NCBI GenBank assembly: GCA_965660545.1
Contig: CBFIAF010000020.1
Location: 97 to 64,096 of the forward strand
Reading direction: 5' to 3'
Length of the DNA stretch: 64,000 nucleotides
From: Alphaproteobacteria bacterium
Lineage (GTDB): Bacteria; Pseudomonadota; Alphaproteobacteria; Bin95
Shown: positions 9,528-17,529 of the stretch, one piece after another
Layout of the letters: each line of letters starts with the position of its first letter
Numbering within the stretch: the stretch's first letter is position 1
Translations under genes and position numbers: made by a program
Notes under the pieces: model-generated
Told to the model about the DNA's origin: nothing
Seen by the model: the letters and a program-made list of their open reading frames with translations, nothing else
Database searches by the model: none

Positions 9528-10331
9528 TTAGTGCAGGATCTGGCTTAAGAAAAGCTGTGTTCGCTCGTTGCGTGGATTGGAGAAGAATTCCTCCGGCGCG
9601 TTCTCTTCAACGATCTCTCCACCATCCATGAAAACCACGCGGTTAGCGACCTGACGGGCAAAGCCCATTTCATGGGTGACGCAGATCATCGTCATGCCGC
9701 TTCCGGCTAGATCGACCATAACATCCAGCACTTCCTTGATCATTTCAGGATCAAGCGCGGAGGTTGGCTCATCAAACAACATGATGCGCGGGTTCATGCA
9801 AAGCGCGCGCGCGATGGCGACGCGTTGCTGTTGTCCACCGGAAAGCTGGCCTGGAAACTTCGCCGCTTGCTCTGGAATTTTCACGCGCTCCAGATATTGC
9901 ATGGCAATTTCTTCGGCTTCGGCCTTCGGCTGCTTGCGCACCCAAAGCGGTGCCAGCGTGCAGTTTTCAAGCACGCTCAAATGTGGAAACAGGTTGAAGC
10001 TTTGGAACACCATGCCGACTTCAGAACGCACGCTATCAATGTTCTTAAGGTCACTGGTAAGTTCAACGCCATCAACAATAATATTGCCCTCCTGGTGCTC
10101 TTCCAAGCGGTTGATGCATCGCACCAGCGTTGATTTACCTGAGCCAGACGGCCCGCACACAACGATGCGTTCGCCGCGCTCAACGGCCATGTTGATATCT
10201 TTCAGAACGTGAAAATCACCGAACCACTTGTTCACGTTCCGCATTTCAATCGCTGTATCTTCAGCCACGCGCCAATTCTCCTGTTCCTTCCTGGCTCTCT
10301 CTACCGGAAAACCGTGAGCGGTATGCTTCAT
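9528..10331 (-). CDS. Polar amino-acid ABC transporter ATP-binding protein (GlnQ/AapP-like), orphan
   Basis: Walker [11 protein letters not shown]-loop, signature [15 protein letters not shown], Walker [12 protein letters not shown] and H-loop VTHEM are all present. No permease or binding-protein gene is adjacent. Confidence 0.88.
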   Translation of the reverse strand: MKHTAHGFPVERARKEQENWRVAEDTAIEMRNVNKWFGDFHVLKDINMAVERGERIVVCGPSGSGKSTLVRCINRLEEHQEGNIIVDGVELTSDLKNIDSVRSEVGMVFQSFNLFPHLSVLENCTLAPLWVRKQPKAEAEEIAMQYLERVKIPEQAAKFPGQLSGGQQQRVAIARALCMNPRIMLFDEPTSALDPEMIKEVLDVMVDLAGSGMTMICVTHEMGFARQVANRVVFMDGGEIVEENAPEEFFSNPRNERTQLFLSQILH

Positions 10332-10362
10332 ACGACGCTAGAAGGGCCAAAAACACAAGTCT

Positions 10363-11399
10363 TTATGCGGCTTCAACGTTGGATTTCGCCAGACCGGGCC
10401 AACATATGACGATTGCGGTCGGATCATCCGCGGGCTCAGCTTCACCGGCGAACGCTAGCACTGGCTTCACCAACGCATCCAACACTGCCGACGCGTCGCT
10501 CATACCGGCAACACCATCCAGCGCTTCATCCGTTCGCTCAATCCCAAAGAGCTCACCTGATATATTCTGCGCTTCAGTAACGCCGTCGGTTACTACCACT
10601 AAGACATCGCCGCGCTGCATCTGTGCCTGATCGCTAGGTAACGGGAATTCGTCCAACAGGCAAAGCGGCGGCCCGCCCTCCCCTTCAGGACGTTCCTGCG
10701 AGCCATCGGAATGGATCAGCCAAGGCTGCTCGTGACCAGCAGAACAGAATTCAAGCGCGCCCGTTTCCACATCCAGAATGCCGGCAAAGGCCGTGATGAA
10801 CATGGTGCCTGGATTATCGCGGGCGATTTCGCTGTTCGCTTGCTGAAAAACCGCACCAATGGACCCCATGTCTCGGAGTGCGGAGGGTTTACAAAGCGCC
10901 TTAGAGATCGCCATGAACAGGCTGGCCTCTGGGCCCCTTTGTCCGACACAACGCCGGCGAGGAAGAACAGGCGTTTATCATCCAACAGGAAGAAGTCATA
11001 TAGATCCCCGCCGACTGTCCCAGCGGGCTTACTGATGGCCGCGATGGAAAGGCGTTGCTCGTCTGGGAAGACGTCCGCCGCTTTAGGCAGAATACCCATC
11101 TGTATGCGTTTGGACGCCGCCATTTTACCATCGAGCCGCTGACTTGCAGCTGCCGCCAACCGCCGCTACCGCTCACTAAGCGTCATGGATGCAAGAAACG
11201 CCAGCACGCCCGCGACACCAATTGCCAAAGCGGGTGCTGCACCATCAAAAACCAGCTGGCCCCCAACATAAGCTGCTACGGCAGCCACAGGCGGTGAGAG
11301 TGCGAGGCCAACGCCGCCGAGAGCAGCCCATGCAAATTGCATCCTAGGCATGGCAAAGGCGGCAATGAGTGCCAATACCAATGTCACTGCGATTTCCAC
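10363..11399 (-). pseudogene. Membrane-anchored PP2C/SpoIIE-type phosphatase, disrupted
   Basis: A TM-rich 77-aa ORF ends at an in-frame TAG (11166-11168). The same frame continues into the PP2C core (GGDLYDFF..LAGVVSDKG). A roughly 1-nt frameshift near 10915-10930 leads into the C-terminal half (FITAFAGILD..CSAGHE..VVVTDGVTEA). Further degraded upstream sensor sequence may extend to about 11700. Confidence 0.7.
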
Positions 11400-11749
11400 T
11401 TGCTACGAATTGTCTGGGCAGGACAACAGCGCGCCGTCAAAAATTGCCTCAAGCGTTTGACGATGCGCTTCTAAGCCTGGGATCAATGCGTCCAGTGCAA
11501 AACACGCTCATCCAAACCGCCAGCGGCTGCATAGCCGACGAGGACAAGTTTGCCTTCAAGGCGAGCCGACTCATCATCAGTATCCATCAAGACAATGGCG
11601 GGTATTTGCTCGCTCTTATACCGTTCGCCCTACCATGGCCGTTCGCCAAGGCCAAGGCTGCTGGAATAGTCAAATTCGCTTGGCCGCATTGTAAAAACCG
11701 CCATTGCGGACTGTGTTGTCCGCCAAGTAGTGTCGGCGTTTACGTATTT

Positions 11750-12712
11750 ATGGATAGCGCCGAAACGCACATGCCATCCCCAAAAGCAGACTCTTCCCGC
11801 CCGGGTGACCGGCCCAGCCTGGCGATACTGCTGGTGCTGCTGGCGATGTTCCTTTTGGCGACGATGGACGCTATCGCCAAGCATCTGACAGAGAGCTTAG
11901 CGATCCCACAAATCCTAGGCGTGCGGTTTGCAATCTTCTTCTGTTTCGCACTTATGCTGGCCGCCCCGCGCGGTATTCGCGTAACGGTGCGATCCGAGCG
12001 GCCCCAGCTACAAATCTTACGCGGGCTCATCCTGATTACAGAGATGTCCTGCTTCATCTACGCCTTCAGCTTGATGCCCCTTTCGGACGTCCACGCCATC
12101 GCCGCCGTGTCGCCATTGATGGTGATGGCCATCGCCGCAATCTTCCTTGGTGAGCGCATTGGCCCCCGCCGCTGGATTGCGGTTGGCGTTGGCTTTGCCG
12201 GCGTGCTGATTATTATCCGGCCGGGCGGCAGCGTTTTTGACCCAATATCGTTTATCCCGCTTGGTGCCGCCTTCGGTTGGGCGGTATACCAAGCAATGCT
12301 GCGGATGGTGGCAGCGGGCGACTCACCACAAACGACGACGCTTTATACGGCAGGCGTCGGTATCATTGGCTTCAATCTGATTTCGCCGTTCGTATGGCGA
12401 CCGCCCGATCTAGAGACATGGATCGGGCTTGTCACGATCGGCATATTGGGCTCAATCGGGCATTTTATATTGCCCGTCGCCTATCGATTGGCACCCGCAT
12501 CCACCCTGCAACCCTACGCTTATATGATGCCGCTTTGGGCCGCCGTTATGGGCTGGCTGGTGTTCAATCACCTGCCAGACCGATGGACGATGATCGGCGG
12601 TGCTGTAATCATCGCCAGCGGCCTATATGCGCTCTACCGGGAACGCATTGCAGAGCGGCGGATCAAGCCTATTCCTCCAGCTGCGGCAAGCGATACCGAT
12701 CCTCAGGCTTGA
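11750..12712 (+). CDS. DMT-superfamily (EamA-like) membrane transporter
   Basis: The hydrophobic 10-helix pattern begins after MDSAETHMPS. The 127 codons upstream in the track ORF (11369-11749) are not membrane-like and overlap the phosphatase remnant. The start is set at ATG 11750. Confidence 0.7.
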   Translation: MDSAETHMPSPKADSSRPGDRPSLAILLVLLAMFLLATMDAIAKHLTESLAIPQILGVRFAIFFCFALMLAAPRGIRVTVRSERPQLQILRGLILITEMSCFIYAFSLMPLSDVHAIAAVSPLMVMAIAAIFLGERIGPRRWIAVGVGFAGVLIIIRPGGSVFDPISFIPLGAAFGWAVYQAMLRMVAAGDSPQTTTLYTAGVGIIGFNLISPFVWRPPDLETWIGLVTIGILGSIGHFILPVAYRLAPASTLQPYAYMMPLWAAVMGWLVFNHLPDRWTMIGGAVIIASGLYALYRERIAERRIKPIPPAAASDTDPQA

Positions 12713-13463
12713 GCCAGCCCCTGAAATTCGGCTTGCGCTTTTCAGCGAATGCAGCGCGGGATTCAATGAGATCGCTGAGATCACCATGGGCATGCAGGCG
12801 GGTTGCCAAATCATCAAATGCGGGCGTGATGCAGGGGCGCATCTGGCGCATGATATGCAGCGTGTTGACCCGCGCTGCTGGCGGCAAGCTCATCAAGTGT
12901 TCAGCCATTTTCATGGCCTCATCCATCAGGTCCGCCGTTGGAACCACACGGTTCAGGAAGCCGATTTCATGGAAGCGCTTCGCCGTGAACCGATAACCCA
13001 TCGCCATCTCAAGTGCCACGGGATAGGCCACATTTGCGATATGGCCATGATTATAACCGCCAAGTAGCCAACGCTTCGCTTCTGAAACCTCAAAAATGGC
13101 CGTATCTGCAGCGACGCGAAGGTCCGTGCCTTCGACCAGCATGAACCCGCCGCCCATGGCGAAACCGTTGATCGCGCCAATAATTGGCTTGCTGATTTTG
13201 CCGGCGCGGAACGGGTCTTCCATCGACAGCTTACGCCCGCCGGGCGTGTTGTCCTTCAGCGCCTCTTTCATATCTTCCCCCGCACAGAACCCGCGCCCGG
13301 AACCGGTGAAAATAGCGACCTCCAGATCTTTGCTGGCCTCAAATTCCGTCCAGGCTTCTGCCATGGCGCAGCGCATTTCATAGTTCAACGCATTCAGGCT
13401 TTCCGGCCTGTTCATCCGCATCACAAAGATTTGCCCGTGGGTTTCCGTCTCTAATACAGGCAT
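12669..13463 (-). CDS. Enoyl-CoA hydratase/isomerase (crotonase) family protein
   Basis: 264 aa. FTGSGRGFCAGEDM and INGFAMGGGFML are oxyanion-hole motifs. Its ATG overlaps the upstream gene's stop (ATGA at 13461-13465). Confidence 0.88.
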   Translation of the reverse strand: MPVLETETHGQIFVMRMNRPESLNALNYEMRCAMAEAWTEFEASKDLEVAIFTGSGRGFCAGEDMKEALKDNTPGGRKLSMEDPFRAGKISKPIIGAINGFAMGGGFMLVEGTDLRVAADTAIFEVSEAKRWLLGGYNHGHIANVAYPVALEMAMGYRFTAKRFHEIGFLNRVVPTADLMDEAMKMAEHLMSLPPAARVNTLHIMRQMRPCITPAFDDLATRLHAHGDLSDLIESRAAFAEKRKPNFRGWLKPEDRYRLPQLEE

Positions 13464-14134
13464 CAGGCTTTTCCTTTCATGCTCACATGATCATTGATCG
13501 CATCGTGCCAGGCTTCTGGGTCGAAGCCATGGGAGCCTGCGACGGTCTTAAATTGCACCGTGCAGTCAGCATCCAAAAGATACAAGCGCTCTGGCAAGGC
13601 GTTATAAGCGGCGTCGATTGTGTCTTCCATGTCATCTACGACCATCGGCATATTGAGCGCTAGTTTCAGCATGCATACTTCAGCTAGGGCGTCACGCTCA
13701 TCCTTGGTCGTCGGCGTATCGTAAATCACGTTATCTTCCAGATTGGCTTCGACCTGCCAGCCATCCGATGGATGCGCTTCTTGGATATAGACGCAGAGGA
13801 ATTGGACTTTATCTTGGAATTTTGCTGCGATTTCGTTAAGGCGCACGGCCTGTTTACGAAATGGCGGTCAGGTATAGGAGCCAAAAACCAAGCCAACCGG
13901 TTTACCGCGCATCAAAGATAGAGTCAGCGTCTCGCCCGTTGGCTTGCCACTAGGGGTTAACCGTTCTGCCGAGAAATCAGGCGCGATGTCGCCAACCTCG
14001 GGCGCAGCTTCTTCTCGCACTAAGCGACCGGCGCGCATCGCGGTATATTGCTCCGGCGTCATCATCATTCTCGCCCAGCGAGCTTTTGGGATATCTCGCC
14101 AGTCTGCCGGATAGCTAATTTCAGCCATGCCCAT
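13463..14134 (-). CDS. Deiodinase-like thioredoxin-fold protein with in-frame UGA (candidate selenocysteine) at the active site
   Basis: Track ORFs 13868-14155 and 13463-13846 are in the same frame, separated only by TGA 13868-13870. The read-through gives GKPVGLVFGSYT-U-PPFRKQAVRL..FLCVYIQEAHPSDGW..LPERLYLLD, the FGSxT[C/U]PPF family signature. There are no other lesions. The start is probably ATG 14134 or 14128, since 14155 is TTG. Confidence 0.7.
13831..13861 (-). promoter_or_regulatory. Candidate bacterial SECIS stem-loop
   Basis: The mRNA reads UGA-CCGCCA-UUUCGU-AAAC-AGGC-CGUGC-GCCU-UA-ACGAAA. This gives a 6-bp lower stem, an internal loop, a 4-bp upper stem, and a 5-nt apical loop containing GU that starts about 20 nt after the UGA. 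Confidence 0.45.
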
Positions 14135-14206
14135 GGTCCCTTCCCTGTTGTTCAACCTTCACCCTATCATGACCCCAGCACATCATTCGAGCCAGGAGCT
14201 AATTCC

Positions 14207-14494
14207 ATGACAGCCTATGTGATCGCCCGCGTAAACGTGACCAACCCTGAAAAATATAAGGCCTACCAAGTACTGACTCCCGATGCGGTCGCCAAGAATG
14301 GCGGTAAATTTCTGGTGCGCGGTGGACCTATTGTAACAATGGAAGGAGACGATGAATCGCGCCGTGTCGTCGTACTAGAGTTTGATGACGTCGCCGCAGC
14401 AAAGGCTTTTTATGATTCGCCGGAATATCGCGAAGCCCGCGCGGCCCGCGAAAATGCGGCTGATTTCCAAATGATCATTGTAGAAGGCGTTTGA
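14207..14494 (+). CDS. DUF1330-family small protein
   Basis: 95 aa: MTAYVIARVNVTNPEKYKAYQ...VVLEFDDVAAAKAFYDSPEYREA, typical of DUF1330. AGGAG lies 8 nt upstream of ATG 14207, and the longer track ORF start is not supported. Confidence 0.78.
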   Translation: MTAYVIARVNVTNPEKYKAYQVLTPDAVAKNGGKFLVRGGPIVTMEGDDESRRVVVLEFDDVAAAKAFYDSPEYREARAARENAADFQMIIVEGV

Positions 14495-14497
14495 TTC

Positions 14498-15589
14498 ATG
14501 GGTGATCTCACCATTAAGGATGTCCGCGTCACGCTGCTGAGCGTGCCGTATGTCGAGCAACCCTCATTGCAGGCCGGGTACAGCCGGGACCGCGATATAT
14601 TGCTGTGTGAGATTGAAACAGCGGCTGGACATGTCGGCCTTGGCTACCAGCTTTATCTCCGTGAAGGCATGCGGACGACAAAAGCGGCGATTGAAGAACA
14701 ACTCGCGCCTCGCATTAATGGCCGCGATGCCACCGAAGTCGAAGGCATCTGGAAGGACCTATGGAGCTCCACCCTGGCAGACGGTCGCGGCGGTGCGCCC
14801 GTGCTTGGGCTTTCCGCCATTGATGTGGCGCTTTGGGATATCGTTGGCCAAGCAGCGAACATGCCGCTCCATCGGCTATGGGGGCATTCACAAAAAAAAG
14901 TGAAAGCTTACGGCTCCGGCGTATGGCGAGGCATGACGCGCGAAGGGATGATTGAGAAGGCTATGCGTTTCAAGAGCGAAGGTTTCTCCGCCATCAAGAT
15001 GCAGATCGGCTTCGTCTGGGGCGACAAGGATGATGTCGAAAACGTCCGCCTCATCCGTGAAGCCGTGGGCGATGACGTAGACATCATGGTCGATGCAAAC
15101 ATGGCCTATACCGCCGACCATGCCATCCTTATGGGTAAGAAAATTCAGGAATACGGCATCTACTGGCTGGAAGAACCCGTCGTGCCAGATGACTACGAAG
15201 GCTATTTCCGCGTCGCCAATGCACTGGACACACGTGTTGTCGGCGGCGAGAGCCACTTCACGCGCTATGACCTGAAGCCATTTTTCCAGAACCCCGTCTG
15301 CCCGATCCTACAGCCGGACGTTATCCGGGGTGGATTGACGGACCTGCGGAAGACGGCGGTGATTGCAGAAACCTTCGGTCTGAAAATCGCGCCGCATCTC
15401 TATCCAGAACTCATGATTCACCTGATGGCGTCGATCACAAACGGCGAAATCATTGAAGATATGGGCCTGCTGGGCGATCTGTGGATCGACTGGGCGAAAC
15501 CGGTAAACGGCATTATGACGGCACCAGAAACGCCAGGCCACGGCCTAAAGGTCAAGCCAGAAATCGTCAGAGACTGCCGGGTGGTCTAA
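14498..15589 (+). CDS. Enolase-superfamily enzyme (mandelate racemase/muconate lactonizing family)
   Basis: 363 aa. KMQIG, the metal ligands in VDANMAY and LEEP, and the barrel/capping-domain layout fit the family. It starts 3 nt after the DUF1330 gene. Confidence 0.82.
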   Translation: MGDLTIKDVRVTLLSVPYVEQPSLQAGYSRDRDILLCEIETAAGHVGLGYQLYLREGMRTTKAAIEEQLAPRINGRDATEVEGIWKDLWSSTLADGRGGAPVLGLSAIDVALWDIVGQAANMPLHRLWGHSQKKVKAYGSGVWRGMTREGMIEKAMRFKSEGFSAIKMQIGFVWGDKDDVENVRLIREAVGDDVDIMVDANMAYTADHAILMGKKIQEYGIYWLEEPVVPDDYEGYFRVANALDTRVVGGESHFTRYDLKPFFQNPVCPILQPDVIRGGLTDLRKTAVIAETFGLKIAPHLYPELMIHLMASITNGEIIEDMGLLGDLWIDWAKPVNGIMTAPETPGHGLKVKPEIVRDCRVV

Positions 15590-15592
15590 CGT

Positions 15593-16627
15593 CTACTTGA
15601 CTGGCTTTGGCACGTAGAACTGGCGTCCATACCAGCGCCAGCGGCCACCACCGGCGGATAAGGTGCAGTTGACGCGGTGCCTGCCTGGTTTAAAGCGACG
15701 GGGCAAGCGCGCCTCAACCCGGCGCGCGCCAAGCTTCTGCAGCTTCAGCTTGCCAAGGCCACTAGCATAGCAAGCCAAGCCATTCAAATTCCCAGCTGAT
15801 TCCCCTGCTGTGAAGCCAAACGCTGGAGGGTTGGTGGATTTGTCCAGCGTTATATTACTGGGCGTCACGTCCCGCGCATCCATTGGCAGTGCTGCAATCA
15901 ATGTGCGGAACCGATCAGCCGCACCATATTTTTCGTTAAGCGAGAAACGCGGGAGGTAGAACATATCTTCGGATGCATGGGCGACGCCAGAATGCTGGCC
16001 AAATGCAGCCACATGTCCCGCGGCCTTAACCGCATCACGCACCGCCAGTGTCGTTTCACCGTAAGGATAGGAAAACAGCCCCGGGACGAAGCCCAACTCT
16101 TCCTTATAACGCTGATTGCTGAACGCGATTTCGCGCTTAGCGTCCGCCAATGGCAGATCCGCCAGATGCGCGTGGCTGATGGTATGCGCGCCGATATCAA
16201 ACCCATCATCCAAGGCTTTGCGGATGTTATCCCAGCTCATATAACCCGGCAGGGCAGCATCCAAAGGCCCTGTCGAGACAAATAATGTGGCCGTAAAGCC
16301 TGCCGCTTTCAGAGCCGGCAATCCACGCTTCATGACAGAAGCATATGCGTCATCGATTGTGATGGCGACGGTCTTGTCTGGCAAAGGCTCGCCAGCTTTG
16401 ATCGCCGCGACGATCTTCTTCAGTGGCCAGACTGTAAACTTGCCAAGCTTTAGATGCGAAATGTGCGCGTCCAGCTGCTTCATCGTCACGTTGGTAGATG
16501 GGTAACGGCTCTCGCCAAACCTGTGGTACATAACGATCACAGCATGATCCGCGGCCAACGCCTGCGGAGCTGCACTAACTGTCCAAGCAGCAAAAGCCGC
16601 AACAACAAGGAATAGATTTTTGTTCAT
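15593..16627 (-). CDS. Secreted polysaccharide deacetylase (NodB-homology) family protein
   Basis: Signal peptide MNKNLFLVVAAFAAWTVSAAPQALA. VAITIDDAY and AHTISH are NodB motifs. There is an extra C-terminal domain of about 110 aa. Confidence 0.78.
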   Translation of the reverse strand: MNKNLFLVVAAFAAWTVSAAPQALAADHAVIVMYHRFGESRYPSTNVTMKQLDAHISHLKLGKFTVWPLKKIVAAIKAGEPLPDKTVAITIDDAYASVMKRGLPALKAAGFTATLFVSTGPLDAALPGYMSWDNIRKALDDGFDIGAHTISHAHLADLPLADAKREIAFSNQRYKEELGFVPGLFSYPYGETTLAVRDAVKAAGHVAAFGQHSGVAHASEDMFYLPRFSLNEKYGAADRFRTLIAALPMDARDVTPSNITLDKSTNPPAFGFTAGESAGNLNGLACYASGLGKLKLQKLGARRVEARLPRRFKPGRHRVNCTLSAGGGRWRWYGRQFYVPKPVK

Positions 16628-16677
16628 GGTAATATGAAATGCGCATAAGTTCATGCTGATGACAAGGATTTAGACGC

Positions 16678-17178
16678 TTGCTGCTGACCCCAAGAACAAT
16701 TGACGTCACGCTCGACCTAAGAGAAATGATCGCGGCCGACGCTGACGCAGTCGCGGCATTGTTTCTTTCAGCCCATGCTGACGGCGGAGCAGGCGGCTGG
16801 AAGACCCGGGATATCACTAGGGTCTTAAATGAAGGTGGCGCTGGCGTTATTGCGTTCGCACCGGGCGTTAGTGGGCCTGCAGGTGCCGTCCTCGCCATGC
16901 GCGCTGGTGCCGACATGGATATCGTCAATATTGCAGTTAGGAATGCATTCCGACGACGCAGCCTTGGTAGGCATTTGTTGAAAGAGCTCGCCACCCAAGC
17001 TGAGAGCGACAACTATAAGCGCATTCTGCTCGAGGTCGCAGACGACAACACCATTGCAAAAGCTTTTTATGAAGCAACGGCTTTCACCATAGTAGGGACG
17101 CGACCTGCCTACTATCCGCGAGACGGTTATCGCGTGGATGCCAAAATCATGGCGAAAGCACTTAATGCTCTACTCTAG
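16678..17178 (+). CDS. GNAT-family N-acetyltransferase (RimI-like)
   Basis: NIAVRNAFRRRSLGRHLL is an acetyl-CoA-binding motif A-like segment. Size is about 150-166 aa. The track start is TTG; an alternative ATG is at 16729. Confidence 0.65.
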   Translation: MLLTPRTIDVTLDLREMIAADADAVAALFLSAHADGGAGGWKTRDITRVLNEGGAGVIAFAPGVSGPAGAVLAMRAGADMDIVNIAVRNAFRRRSLGRHLLKELATQAESDNYKRILLEVADDNTIAKAFYEATAFTIVGTRPAYYPRDGYRVDAKIMAKALNALL

Positions 17179-17423
17179 ACCTTTTCTATAAAAATGCTCA
17201 CGAGATCGTGCTCATTAAGTATAGGTTCTGCGACCAGATGACCCAATTCCTTTGCTGATCGAGGCACGTTTTTCAAAGGCTCTTTACCCTTCAGGCGCAC
17301 ATGCAGCGTGTCACCTGATTGCATCTTATCCAGCATTAATCGTGTCTTAACAAAAGTCATCGGGCAGCGATCTGCCGTTATATCGAGCAAGTAGTCCGCC
17401 GTTTTGTTTTCATCCTCAGTCAT
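17175..17423 (-). CDS. TusA-like sulfurtransferase-fold small protein
   Basis: 82 aa. LDITADRCPMTFVKTRLMLDKMQSGDTLHV contains the CPxP-type active-site Cys context of the TusA/SirA family. Confidence 0.72.
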   Translation of the reverse strand: MTEDENKTADYLLDITADRCPMTFVKTRLMLDKMQSGDTLHVRLKGKEPLKNVPRSAKELGHLVAEPILNEHDLVSIFIEKV

Positions 17424-17529
17424 AAATCACCCTCTTTGTTGCTAAAATACATGTTGCGCGAATGCTTTGCCAAGTCTATTGTAATGGAAATTCAGGTATC
17501 CGACATATCAATTCTGGAGAAAGTTCGGC

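Noticed and set aside
5618-11168. Several in-frame TAG codons (P450 5618-20, phosphatase 11166-68, plus VOC 41568-70), considered as possible amber recoding or suppression
   Set aside because: The same genes also carry TAA/TGA stops and frameshifts, and intact genes in the window terminate normally with TAG (for example gyrB). The pattern fits decay, not recoding.
11369-11749. 127-codon N-terminal extension of the DMT transporter ORF
   Set aside because: The extension is not membrane-like, and the opposite strand carries remnants of the phosphatase/sensor gene. ATG 11750 precedes the first TM helix.
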